Shown here one piece after another: positions 13,248 through 26,552 of a stretch of 64,000 nt of DNA. Under the pieces are notes generated by a model. The model was not told the origin of the DNA and searched no databases. It saw only the letters and a list, made by a program, of their open reading frames with translations. Position 1 is the first letter of the stretch; every line of letters starts with the position of its first letter. Source of the DNA: Macrostomum lignano (lineage: Eukaryota); the NCBI GenBank assembly GCA_002269645.1, contig NIVC01000227.1, forward strand, positions 248,001-312,000, in the 5' to 3' direction. Both the position numbers and the translations under genes were made by a program.

Positions 13248-13672
13248 TAGTGTTCCGCTGTAAGGAGGGTCCATGTACCGTAGCAATAGCCATAAGCAAA
13301 ACGATGGCTTACTCCAATTCTCCATATTCTGTAGCCATAGGGACCCCGAAATTACCATATTCCTGTAGTTCCCATAGCGGTAGCTGTGGTTTTAACAAAA
13401 AGTCTAAAAACAAAAGTTTCGAGGTTGATAATACAGTTTACTAAAAGTATCTTTGTTTACTCTACCTGTTTCTAATATTTTTTTCAATTTTTAACATTAA
13501 TAACTACGGCTATGGGAATTGACAGAATGTGACAGCAACTACCATATTTCTGTAGTCGTAGCTATAAGAGCAGCTAGCTACCGTAGGAGTATCCGTAGCT
13601 GCCATAGGCACCTATTTTACCATATTTGCCGTAGGATCCCGTAGCCATAGCTATGGCTATGGCGGAACACTA
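13248..13672. mobile_element. hAT-like MITE
   Basis: Perfect TIRs TAGTGTTCCGC/GCGGAACACTA; flanks CCTTTTGAG and CTTTTTGAG resemble an 8-9 bp TSD; internal GTAGC/CCATAG subterminal repeats. Confidence 0.75.
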
Positions 13673-13896
13673 CTTTTTGAGTCTTAGCTGAAAGTTATTT
13701 AAACAAACTGATTTGTTCTTACCTATAGGAATTATTTTATTGGTCATTGCACAATATAACCTATACATTAAGTTAGCTAAACAATATAATAAAATAATAC
13801 ACAAAAATGGTTGAATCCAAATAATCTGAATGCATCTATAGGATAGAACAAAGATAATCCTAAATATTAAATATGCAAGTTATATAATAGAATGTA

Positions 13897-16881
13897 ATCT
13901 ATACCTATAAAAATCAAAACTCTGTCTGTGTGTGTGTGGACATTTTTGATCGCTATGGACTCCCAAACCGCTCAACCAAATTACACCAAACTTTACACCC
14001 ACCCTAAACTTACTACGGAGAATGTCTTAGGCTACCTTTTAATTTCCTAGACTCAAGTCTTCCTACCTAAAAGTACAAAAAACTGCTCAAAATGCGCGAT
14101 TTTTTCCTTAAATCCTCCATAGCGCCGCTCCACTTCTACCGATTCTCTTCAAATTTGACACAGACAATTTTCAACTATTTTGACACAATCGTGTAAAATT
14201 TCAAATTTCAAAGTTAATCCTTAGCGGTGCTGTGCACTTTTAAAGTTAGGCTGTTTTTTTCAGCGAGGCAGCCACCCCAACCTCCGCCCGCCTGCCTCTC
14301 TTTCCCGATCTGGGCAAAGGGTGTGAATAGGTTTTAAAATGCCTAACTTTCGGCTGCCATAGTTTTGCTCCACGTGAAGCGATTGACTTCAAATTTGACA
14401 CAATTCTTTATTGACTCATTCTCTGCCTACATGTAAAGTCTCAACTCTGTATCTCAATCAGGACAGAAACTGTAAGCATGTGAAGTTTGTCTGCTTTTTC
14501 TGTTGTTTGTGCCGCTCACTCACTTATTCCCCCAGCTCAGACGAAGGGTCAGGCGATAGGGCTCAATGTACATAGCGAATGTACAGTGTTTTGGAATAAC
14601 TTTTTAATAGCCTTCTCTGTACCCCCGCGAGTGGAGAGGCGTGGAGAGGAGAGAGTTTAGCGAGAGATTCAATTTTAACCACTTTCCTTTCCTCTGAATA
14701 GACAAGTCTGCAGCAGTTAAACAAGGATGGCAAATCAAGGCGATGTGGGATGGTTTATAAAAATATCGAAAAATTAATGAATAACTTGTTACAATGCAAT
14801 CCTACTAAATTAGTTACACCATAAAAATTTTAACATTAAGATTCTCATAAGGTAATTTAAATGGCCTCCTAAGAAATGCGTATTTCCATGGTTGTTAGAC
14901 TGCTGCAGACTGTGGTGGTGGAGCTGGAGATATACAAATTTCTCTCAGCGCTGCTAATTCACCAGAAAGATGACGTGATTAAAGCATGGGAAATGATAAC
15001 AACCATGATAGTACTACGTCCCACAAACTGGCTTTCGAAGCAGGGATCGGCAGATTTTTATCTCAAAGGCCAGATAAAGAATCCAGCTCGCCAGATGAGA
15101 GTGAAAAGGAAAAGGAATAGACTATTAGAAAGGGAGGAGGGGCGAGAGGGGATAAAAGAAAAGATAGAAGATAACAGGAGAGACGTACGAGGAGGTTGAG
15201 GAGAGAGCAGAGAATATTGGACGAAGAAGCGAGAGGAGGGGAGAGAGAAGGGAGAGGAAATAGTAGAGGTGAGAAGATGGAGAGGGAAGAGGGGAGAGAT
15301 GAGACAGAGGATCGATGAGAGAGGAGAGTAGAGAAGAGTGAGATGAGAGAACAAAGAGGAGATGAGAGTATCGAGAGGGGGGATTAGAAAGGATAGAGGA
15401 GAGGAGATAAGAGGGGGAGAAACGAGTGAGAAGAGAGAAGATAGAGATGAGAGAGAGAGTTGAGAAAGAAGAGAGGACAAAGGAGAGATGATAGAGTAAA
15501 GGGAAGAGGAGGAGAGAGGAAAGAGATGAGATTGTAGAGATGAGTGAGATGAAAGGAAATATGAGAGAGTATAGTAGAGATGAGAGATGAAGGAAGAGAG
15601 AGCAGAGTGCGGAGAGACGAGAAAAGAGAATAGAGGGGAGAGAGTATAAAAGAGGGAAGAGAAGAGAGGAGTAAGGAAAGAGAGGAGTCAGAAGAGGGGA
15701 AACAGAATAGTACACAGTAGAGAGGAGAGTAGAGATGACAGAAGAGAGAGGGGAATGAGAGAGCAAAGATGAGAGTGAACATACGATATAAGAGAGGAGA
15801 GTGAGAGAGAAGAGAGAAGACAAGAGAGGGAGAGAGTATAGAAGAGAGAAGAGAAGAGACGAGAAGAAAGAAGAAAGTATCGAGTCCTCCTGAGTCAAAA
15901 AGGGAAAAGAGAGGAGTACAAGGGGAGAGAGGTGAGAGAACATATGAGAGTAAAGATGACAGATAAGAGAGGGGAGATGAGAGAGCAGAAACGAGAGTGA
16001 ACAGACGAGAGATGGGAGAGTAGAGAGAAAAAAGGAGAGATAAGAAATAAGGGATGAGAGGTGGAGACAAGGGAGAGATGAGAAGTGAGTGAGGAGAGAG
16101 GAGGGGAAGGGAGAGAATCGAGAGAACAGGGGAAATTGGTGAAAAGGACGAGAGAGGAGAGGAAAGAGGGGAGAGAAGAGAGAGAAGAGAGATAGGATAG
16201 GAGAGAGCAGAGAGATGAGAGGAGAGAGTGGACAGAGGAGAGGAAAGAGTTGAGAGAAGAGAGGAAAAAGGAGAGAGTAGAGATAAGGAAAGTGTTGAGA
16301 GAGGGTAGAGTAAAGAGTGAGAAGAGAGGTGAGGGAAGAGAGAGCAGAGAGCAGAGGGAGAGAGAGTAGAGAGCAGAGAGCAGAGGGAGAGAGAGTAGAG
16401 AGCAGAGAGAAATGAGAAAAGATAAAACAGGAGAAAGGAGATATGAGAGACCAGAGACCAGAGCGAAGAGAGGAGAAGAGAGAGAAAAGAATAGAGGGGA
16501 GAGGGAAGAGACGAGAGAGGAGACGAGAGAGGAGAGAAGAAAGAAGAGATAAGAGGGGAGAGAGAGAAGAGATGAGAGAGAAGATAGGAAACAGAAAAGA
16601 AGATGGAAGTTTCAAAGGATGCAAAGGACATAGGGAGAGGCAGAGGTACGTAGAGGCCAGAGTTTGCCTGACATTCTGCGCAGCACCCCAGCCAACAATA
16701 TCAATTTTTGCCTCAAATCCTAATTATATGAATGTACACTATTTTATGTTTAACTCTATCCTAACTATTAACAAGGGAACAAGTTTTTGTTTGAGTTTTA
16801 CCTCAGATTTTAGAATACATGCAAAAATAATTCCGGGGAATGGAGTTCCCCGGGTTCAAAATCCGCGGGTTTCAACAGCTT
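13897..16881 (+). mobile_element. Possible non-autonomous Helitron-like element with nested MITE
   Basis: The 5' end ATCTATACCTATAAAA..TCTGTCTGTGTGTG and the 3' end ..ATCCGCGGGTTTCAACAGCTT followed by (TA)n resemble invertebrate Helitron termini (from recall). Confidence 0.35.
15041..16678 (+). mobile_element. hAT-like MITE copy with a 1.5-kb expanded AG-rich core
   Basis: Starts CAGGGATCGGCAGATTTTTATCTCAAAGGCCAGATA and ends ..GAAGTTTCAAAGG..GTTTGCCTGACATTCTG; related to the copies at 34550 and 43395-43782. Confidence 0.6.
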
Positions 16882-17350
16882 ATATATATATATATATGAT
16901 AAAACTTTCATTGTTTTAAGTAAAAATAGATTAAAAGCAGTTAAAGCTGTCTATTTTACATAGAAGTTTATATATATATATTATTTGTTACTTTTTTAGC
17001 TAAGACATTGCTTAGAAGACTTCTGTGTTAGCTAAACAGATTAAAAACCAGACAATGTATTATTTATAAAGTCTGTTTTGAAAAAAAGTGAAAAACTTCT
17101 ATATTGTCTGTATTAAACAAAGTTATGCTAATGTTTTTGCAATTGATGGAAGTTAAGATTCTCATAATCACTAATGGTGACATAAAACTGTTACAAACCT
17201 GGATATATAAGGAAACAAATATTTAAACAATCTATTATAGCCAAACGTTATGTAGACCTTAGCTCAAATGTGGTTCTTTAATTACTATAAAAATAAAGTC
17301 CCAGTGCATCTCAGATTCTCAGTCAACTCAATTTTTCCCCATGCAGAGCC

Positions 17351-17923
17351 ATGATCAAAGCCATCCTGATATTCAACAACCATGGCAAGCCTCGCCTGAC
17401 TAAATTCTATGTCCACTATGCCGAGGACCTTCAGCAGCAGATCATTCGCGAGACATTCCAGCTCGTCTCCAAGCGTGACGACAACGTGTGCAACTTTCTG
17501 GAGGGTGGCACCCTGATCGGAGGCCAGGACTACCGGCTGATCTACCGCCACTACGCCACTCTGTACTTTGTCTTCTGCGTCGACTCCTCCGAGTCGGAGC
17601 TGGGCATCCTGGATCTCATCCAGGTGTTTGTAGAAACTCTGGACAAATCGTTTGAGAACGTGTGCGAACTGGATTTGATATTCCACGTGGACAAGGTGCA
17701 CAGCATTCTTAACGAGCTGGTCATGGGCGGCATGGTGCTGGAGACCAACATGTCGGAGATTCTTAGCCGGTTTGAAGAGCAGCAGAAGCTGGAGAAATCT
17801 GAGGCCGGCTTCAGCACCGCACCCGCCAGAGCCGTGTCTGCCGTCAAGGACATGAATTTGCCGCAGAAGATCAAGGATATGAAGATGCCTGATATGCCGC
17901 ACTTCTCGTCGCTTTACCAGTAG
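17351..17923 (+). CDS. AP3S1: AP-3 complex subunit sigma (single-exon CDS, 190 aa)
   Basis: MIKAILIFNNHGKPRLTKFY..IYRHYATLYFVFCVDSSESELGILDLIQVFVETLDKSFENVCELDLIFH is the hallmark AP-3 sigma sequence. The invertebrate gene is co-orthologous to AP3S1 and AP3S2. Confidence 0.97.
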   Translation: MIKAILIFNNHGKPRLTKFYVHYAEDLQQQIIRETFQLVSKRDDNVCNFLEGGTLIGGQDYRLIYRHYATLYFVFCVDSSESELGILDLIQVFVETLDKSFENVCELDLIFHVDKVHSILNELVMGGMVLETNMSEILSRFEEQQKLEKSEAGFSTAPARAVSAVKDMNLPQKIKDMKMPDMPHFSSLYQ

Positions 17924-20900
17924 AACTCTAACTATTACTGCTGAAAAGTGTAATATTTATTAATTGGCGTCGATTTCTGCTTCTTGTAGTGCTAAACCAA
18001 GCCTGTTCTAAATATTATATTATTTTGACAATTTAAACTACTCATTATCTACGTAGTAGGCAATACGCGTTTTGCAAGATTTTTTCCCGTCTATAATCAT
18101 TTAGTGACAACAATCGCTAGAGTGATTGTAAACAGCTCACAAGTGACTCTAGCGACTGTTGATTCACGAGCGCGTCACGTGAGTTGCATAATAGTAAAAT
18201 AGTAAAACAGATTCAATATTTTGACAATATAAACTACTCATTTTCTAGTAGATAATACGATGTTTGCCAGATTTTTATGAGATGTTGCAGTTAACTTAAA
18301 CTGTTAATTAATGAGTGGTTTAATCTGACTACGCTATAATATTCATGTCGTCTGCACTTCAATGAGCATTATATTTGTCCTGTACGCCTTACCAATCTAC
18401 TTATAGTAATATGCATTCCGTTTGTTGTAGATTTGGTATAAAGTTTATATTCAAGTGCGAAATTCCCCATTTGTGCATTGTTTCGATTTAATTTATATTT
18501 ATGGAAATATTTATCGAATTATAAAATTTATGCTAATTTGTTGTTTCAGCAGAATATATAAGTGTCTGACAGGTCAATACTTAATTAATCATTTGCTTAC
18601 TAATAACTTTAAGACTTGAATGATTTGTTTGACTATTCCCACAATAGCCTGGACTCTGACTGGGCTGCATTACTCTGGCATTGCTTGATTGCAGAACAAT
18701 ACGGTCTGATAAGTCTGTCCGCACAGTGGGGCGGATTCTGTCAGTCTTGAATTGCTTCTCTGTACAGATCTTTAATGTTTTATTCAACTTTCTGGATTAA
18801 TCCCGAGAGCACCAATATCGCTATCAGTTTTCTAGCCATACTAATCTGCTATTTAACCGCAATAACTGGTATATATAATATATATTTTTATTTTATTGTG
18901 TTTGTTCTTTGTTAATTGAAATTGCAATCTGTCTTTTTTATTCAAGTATTCAGATGAGCGTAAAATCAATGCTGAGAATTGTTTGTTGAATATCTTAATT
19001 TTAAATATTTTTCGTTTCTGATTTCATGTGTTTTCTTTTGCGATTAATATTGCTTTTATTGGTCAAGACTGTTTCACGTTGTGGCTTCCATTGAAAAACT
19101 GTTGTTAATTGTTGTAATTTATCAATTGTGTTTTTTATTTTCTCATTTGGACTTAATAATAGAATAAATAAACTCTAAGAAAATGTATTGCAAAGTTTTG
19201 GGATGTGTCTTGGAATCTATCAACTAAACGCAGCATTGTGTTTTGTGTTTCTTTTTCCAACGGATTACTCACGAAGCTGTCTGAAAATTCTCGAGTTTGA
19301 TTCTGTCTGGATACAGAGGGCCGGGAGCACAGAAGATTTCTTTCTTCGACTCTGCGACTCGAATGTTATCTTTCCCTCACATTTGTGTCCTACGGCCAGA
19401 CTTTTCAAGAAAAAATACTGAAACATCAAAGAATGCCAGGAACGTTAACGATATCATTTTTAATTTACGGTAATATTTTAACAAAATAATGAGTGCAGTA
19501 AGTGCAGCAAAATTTTAAGAATTTAACGAATCTTAAAGGCCATATTAAATCAAAATAAAAATATCATTACAATCGATCACGTTAATTTATTAAAGTCCGG
19601 CAGAAATGGCGTGCATGCAGAGCCAAGTCTTTGTAAAAGTTCAGCGAATTTTGGTTTGAACCGATTAAACAATTTGATTTAAATGGAACGGGAATTAAAC
19701 ATTAGTTATCACTAAATAATTATGGAGGTTTTGAATATCCAATCCGTCGAATATACGAGCCCATTAGCTGTAAAAAAAAGTTATTTAGCGTAGAACCACC
19801 CCGCGTTATCAAGAGCCAGCAAAATTAATCGTGTTTTACAGAGTTCAAATCAAACGGGCAAGTAAATTTGTAGGAAGACAAAGTTATAAGGTGGCTCTAT
19901 TAGCATTTAACTCACCGATGATTTTCTGTGTACAAATGATAAAGAGCGAAAAATAAAACAGATTCAAAACGGTAAAACAAATTGTTCAAGTTAGACATTA
20001 GGTCGCTTACTGCACTTTGCGAGGCTTTTTTCATAAGGAAGTTGTGATGAAAAAGTATAATAACAATTAAAATCAATTAACGATTAAATACGATCAATAC
20101 ACTTTTGCACAATACTTTTACTAGATGGATTCTATTGATTTGGTCCTATAGCTAATATGGATCCAACGTAATTACCTTGGTACCTAAGGTACATGTAAAT
20201 GCTGCCGCTGTTGATGACATTTTATTAAATTGAATATTGATAAGACTCAATTGTAATTACTTATTATTAACTGGTCTTAAGAAAGTTGCTAATCCTCAAC
20301 CACCTAAACAATGACTTTCGAAGAATTCATTTTATTGGTAAGTTAAGATCGCGTCTGCAGCCATAACCGGGCTCTTACGCTATTTACTTCAGTTCCAATT
20401 TTTGACAAAAAAATATAATATTTTCCAATAGATTCCGTGTTCGAGTACTTTCCAAAGATTTATTTTAATTTGATACGAGCGTACATGTAACTACTGTATT
20501 TTGCATGCTTTAATTTTTTCTAAATAACATCTAATAAAATGTTTCTTATATTACACATAAACTACTATAACTAGCTTGCATAGATTTTATTACGTAGAAG
20601 TGATCCCTTTTCAAAGCTGATTTCATTCCTTCAAAAAACTTGATTGGCTAGATTAAGTAGCAATCTATGGCATATGTGGTTTATTTCTTAGCTTATTTAT
20701 GATTTTCAGATTAGCAATACATGCCCCTTATATAATAAATTTGACTAAACGTTTTTAATAATTAAATAGCTCCGCTGGATGATGAGGCACCGGTCGTGAT
20801 CACTCCGGGGGTGAGCGACCTCCGTCGGCGGTCCTTGGGATTTGGCGGCTCGGGCATCAGGCTCACTCGGGGCGTCAGGAAGCTGTCAGAGTCCGGGGTG

Positions 20901-21564
20901 CTCTCTGTGGTGGCGGTTGAAGGGAAGGATCGCGTATTTATTGGGGGATGGTTAGTTCTGACGACGTTCGATATACCAATATCGATTAATGAAAATTAAA
21001 ACAAAATATATCAGCCAATTAAAAGTAAAAAATGCAACTAATAAAATACCTTTTACCTACATGCATCCATGTAAAATCTGGAAATACTAAGATAGCTAGG
21101 AAGCCTTCACATGACATGTAAACTAAACAAGTGCAGTGGCTATATACAATGTATCGACTTTTTATAATGTGCAGTGCAGATTAGAGACTGGTAGCCATAT
21201 AATAGCCATAAATTTTATGTGCGCACTAAAAGTGCCCAATAAAAATGCGCCATGCAGTAGTGTACCAGTGCAGAGAGAATAAACATTAATTTAAACATTA
21301 TTATAGTTTACGCACGGAGAGAATGTAAAAGATCAAGTAAATAAGTGCAAATTCCATATCAGATATACTGCATGTACGCTCATATACATGCACGAGAGCG
21401 TACTTCATCAGATGTTTTTTGCTTTTATGATTCGATGGTGCCAAAGCTATTCGTATTAAAACAATTCGTTGTTAATAATATTTGTTTGTTCAGTCAACTT
21501 TTTGTCGTTAACTTTATGTATAATGATGATGTACGTTTGTATAGAAAAATACGAGCGTAGGAAA

Positions 21565-22027
21565 TGATCGGAAGGTTCCAGCAGGACATTTCGTCAACTG
21601 GTAGTTTGTCAACCAGACATTACGGCAACCGGACATTTGGTTCAATCAAAAAATCATTCGTCCGTCGATCATGTCAGCCGTTAACGTTAACATATTTAAG
21701 GCAAAGACATTTTTAAGACATAGGGTAACAAAGGCAAACAGGGAATTTTTGAGCTCGCCGACGCCCACGAGACATTGTTCAATTGTTCAGCTGCACGATG
21801 CAACCCCAAGGCGCGACACCATTGAGGAGCAAACGTATCTACGAAAATTTACTTTCAAGAAGTGTACACGTTTTTAACAAATGACATCGCATTACCACTT
21901 CCTACATTCTCTGGCTGGTGCAGCTATAAAAACCAGCACTGAAATTTGCTGAGTTACCGTAATGTCTGGTTAACGAAATGCCCGGTTGACGAAATGTCCG
22001 GTTGACGAAATGTCCGGTCACCGATCA
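21565..22027. mobile_element. MITE-like element with inverted termini
   Basis: TGATCGG..GGACATTTCGTCAAC on the left mirrors GTTGACGAAATGTCC..CCGATCA on the right, with repeated subterminal 16-mers. Confidence 0.65.
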
Positions 22028-23379
22028 GAACCGATAAAGTTAAAATTTAAATGATTAATCAATAGATAAATAAATATTCCAATTGTATAATCAAACATTC
22101 CAGCTAGTAGATTAGTAAGAATATAAAAGTTCGTATAAAATTGCACGAAGTCTACTTTGTTTTACTGCGGTGCGAATTTCTAAGAAACTACACGACTACA
22201 TTATGTACACGATTATGTACACGACTACATAAACATCGATCAGTAGATATTTAGGCTGCGCTGAAAAAAATATTTTAACGCCGTACCGAATAGCAGAAAT
22301 GATGTCGAATCCGAGACTGGGGAGGCCGGTCTGCAATAAACCGCTCCCTCAGCTGCTAACACAGCCGCGACGGGAGAGTTAAGTAGAGTTTTGGGAAATA
22401 AAGTCTAACTAGGAACTTGCACGAATAAAAACTTAATGAAATATTTAGTAAACTTGTGACTGAGATAAGAGAATAAGGCTTTGAAGTGACAATCTAAAGG
22501 AAAAAATGGACTTATAAAACTTTTTAGTTACAAGCCTTTAATTTAAATTGAAGGCCTGCACTATTGTTTTTGAAGCAAATATTTTTTCTATTTAAATTTT
22601 TAGCATTATCAAATAACAACGAGCTAATTCTTGTTTGTAACTGTAGACTACGAGCGTATACCTCAAGTGAAAAATGATCTATCAACATAATTTCTTTAAA
22701 ATTTCAAAAATAACAAACTTCTACGTGTATCCTGCAGCAAAATTTTCACCATTTTTATATTTTCGACTTCAAGCCTACTATAAGTAAAATAAATTTCAGC
22801 CCCATAAAATTTGACACAATGAATTTTAAAACGATAGGAAAATCCTAAAAGATTAGAATGCAAGAAAAAGTTTTGACCGTGTCAGAAGAAAACCTCAAAC
22901 ACGCGCATTCGGATAAAAAAGTCTAAAAAGGAATTTCCATCATCGATCTCATAAAGTGCACTTGAGCGAGAGAGCCGCTTTTGACGAGAGAAGTGCCGGG
23001 CAATTTACACTTGGCTTCAACTTCGAGTTGGCTCGGCTGCTCACCCGCAGCCGGAATTGTTGCCGGGCATTCCGCCACAACTGGCACAAAAGTCTTCGAA
23101 TTTAATCACAGCAGCCTCTTATAATTGCTTCACTTTTTTCTCTGAGCACCCCCGAATATATTGGGCCGCTCAGTGGGATGGGATCTCTTTCATTCGAGCA
23201 GCTAAAGCTTTTAAGAGCGAAAAATTGCGAGCGAATTAGGGTTTTAGTATGGTGAGATTCATTGGCCATGACCTGCTCAACGGGGCACTCATATTTGAAA
23301 TTTTCTCTATATAAACCACACGAAGATATTAAAGCGTCCTTTATGACCAACGTACATGTAAGTTTATCCTCAATGAGCT

Positions 23380-23720
23380 TCTGTCTATGATATTTTATGA
23401 CCTTCTGTCAGTCTATGATCTATTTTATGACCTTCTGAAAGTCTTTGATATTTTCAATGACCTGTTGGAAGTCTATGATATCTTCAATGACCTGCTGGAA
23501 GTCTATGATATCTTCAATGACCTGTTGGAAGTCTATGATGTCTACTATATGACCTGTTGGAAGTCTATGATGTCTACTATATGACCTGTTGGAAGTCTAT
23601 GATATCTTCAATGACCTGTTGGAAGTTTATGATATCTTTCATGACCTGCTGGAAGGTCTATGATATCTTTAATGACTTGCTGAAAGTCTAAGGTGTCTAC
23701 TATGATCCGCTCAAAGTCTG
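23380..23720. repeat. About 30-bp minisatellite (ATGACCTGTTGGAAGTCTATGATATCTTCA)
   Basis: Direct reading. Confidence 0.85.
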
Positions 23721-24708
23721 TATCATGTCCCTTTTATGACCTTTTGAAAATCGAACGAAGTTTCTACTTTAGAGGCTAGAATTCCTCTAAATTCTGAATA
23801 TTTCTATCTCTGTTCCTGACGGTCTTCTAGAAATTGCCAAGCTGCCCACAATTATCATCTACGCTCGTATATCTATTCAACATTCTAGACCGCTCGTACA
23901 TGTAGACTGCTTTACCCCAAAGTGAGGTTCGCATGAAACTTAAAATCCTAGCTATTCTTTCTGCAAAATTTCCAAGAAAAGCTGAGGGTTAGGGATATTT
24001 TATCTCCTAGACCTTCGGCGCCGCAAATACATTTTGTAGGCCTTCAGACGACACAGCAGCTGACAAAATTCTCATTCCAGTCTAAGCCACAATGGCTTCA
24101 CTTTCCTCAGCAGGTGCATATAGCTTGTACGCAGGGCAGGAAAGTCCTTTTTAGATTTTTAGAATTGAAAATGCCTGCCCAGTGAAGGAAGAGATGCAAC
24201 ATTCGTGTGAAAAGCCGAATTTTTCTCTGCTTGTGATGGATGGTTCAGTGAAGCCTTCTTCATGGGGCTTTCGCTGCTGTACCTGCACCTCGCGGGTCAT
24301 CCGATCGGTGCTCGCCCACAGCGGGCAAAGTCATCTGCTGCAACAGCGGCGTGGCGGCTTCTGCCACGGTGCCGATCGCTGCCCGTCTGTCCACTTTGCG
24401 AGCTCGGAACGACCTGGACGCTTTCAATGATTGAAATGCGGCAGGAGTGGACAGTTTAGCTGAGACTTCATTGAGCTCTGATGCTGTGACTGGTGACCGC
24501 TGATGTCAGAGTTTAGTGAGGCAGCTTCCTAGCAGCTCCCTAGAGAACAAAAGTGACGTTTAACAGTAGGGTCTCATGCTGCAAGTGAACCTCGAGCTTC
24601 TAAGTCCGCTGCCAATGTTCTCTTGAACAAGGTTTCTCTGTGATTCTGTAGTGATGTGCGCTTCAATGTGACCGTATATGACCGTATGTGACCGCGACAG
24701 GTTCTTAC

Positions 24709-24786
24709 CGGAGGCTGGCCATGAGCGGCCGAGACCCTCCACGATAGAGTATGCATCTCCGTAGCTGTTGGCCCGCTTGAATAGGG
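24709..24786 (-). CDS. Candidate alternative 3' exon of the Shaw/Kv3 gene
   Basis: cattccAG|CC CTA TTC AAG CGG GCC AAC AGC TAC.. TCC G|GTAAGA: a 78-nt phase 1-1 exon, in frame with an internal donor at 26564/26563 (A|GTATGC). Confidence 0.4.
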
Positions 24787-24819
24787 CTGGAATGTTTGTG
24801 TGCTCTGCGGTTGTGGGCT

Positions 24820-25600
<781 letters not shown>

Positions 25601-26101
25601 TTGATATTAGGCGTAATCTGAACTTCAGTTGAAACCAACAAGACCTCCGTTCACGCTCCAAAAAGTGAACTTATACATGTATTGCGAATATTTCCTTACT
25701 CGAAGCCACAAAATACAACTCATTCAGGTCAATCAACCTATTTTTTTCAGCAAAAGGTTACAGCTGTTTCAGAGGGACTTTGAGCGCTCGGGAAACTCAT
25801 TCTAATCTAATCTGCTCCTACCCCGGGCAGCTGATAAGCTGGCCATTCCAGCTGAACCTTCGGCGCAAGAGCGGGGCGGCAAACTTTAATCAAGCCGGCA
25901 TTAGCCTGGGCGCCACTCGAGCCTGATCGTTCTGCAGTGCGCCGGAACTCTGTGTCTCAGCTTGATGCCTGAAGGCCGGCTAAGGTATTGACAGAGGCAG
26001 ATTCGATGTGCTTAAGCCAGTGGTAAAAATATGCAACATTATACGGTGCATTTGGAGCTCAGTGTTTATGTATCTACCGATTAATATATTATATAAATTA
26101 G

Positions 26102-26173
<72 letters not shown>

Positions 26174-26174
26174 C

Positions 26175-26260
<86 letters not shown>

Positions 26261-26262
26261 GC

Positions 26263-26348
<86 letters not shown>

Positions 26349-26350
26349 TC
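26102..26350. repeat. (GATA)n microsatellite
   Basis: Direct reading. Confidence 0.98.
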
Positions 26351-26552
26351 AGATAGGTCATCCATCAGCCCTTCTGCCAGAGCTCACTCCCTGCCAAAGC
26401 ACAGCAAGGCAAGAGCAGAGGCTCCCTTCCTGTCTGATTTCATTAGGCCAGCTCAAGCTTACGTGTTATTGGAGCCAAAATTAGACTCTGCGCGATGCCA
26501 CTTACGCTAAGAGAAAGGACAAAAAGCAGCAGTTTACAATAGCGCGCACTTT

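Noticed and set aside
15058-16631. 499-aa and 415-aa Leu/Ser-rich ORFs
   Set aside because: They are stop-poor reads of an AG-rich low-complexity tract inside a MITE.
18021-18275. Imperfect direct repeats of about 50-65 bp in the AP-3 sigma 3' region as LTRs or TSDs
   Set aside because: They are too short for LTRs and too long for TSDs; most likely a local duplication.
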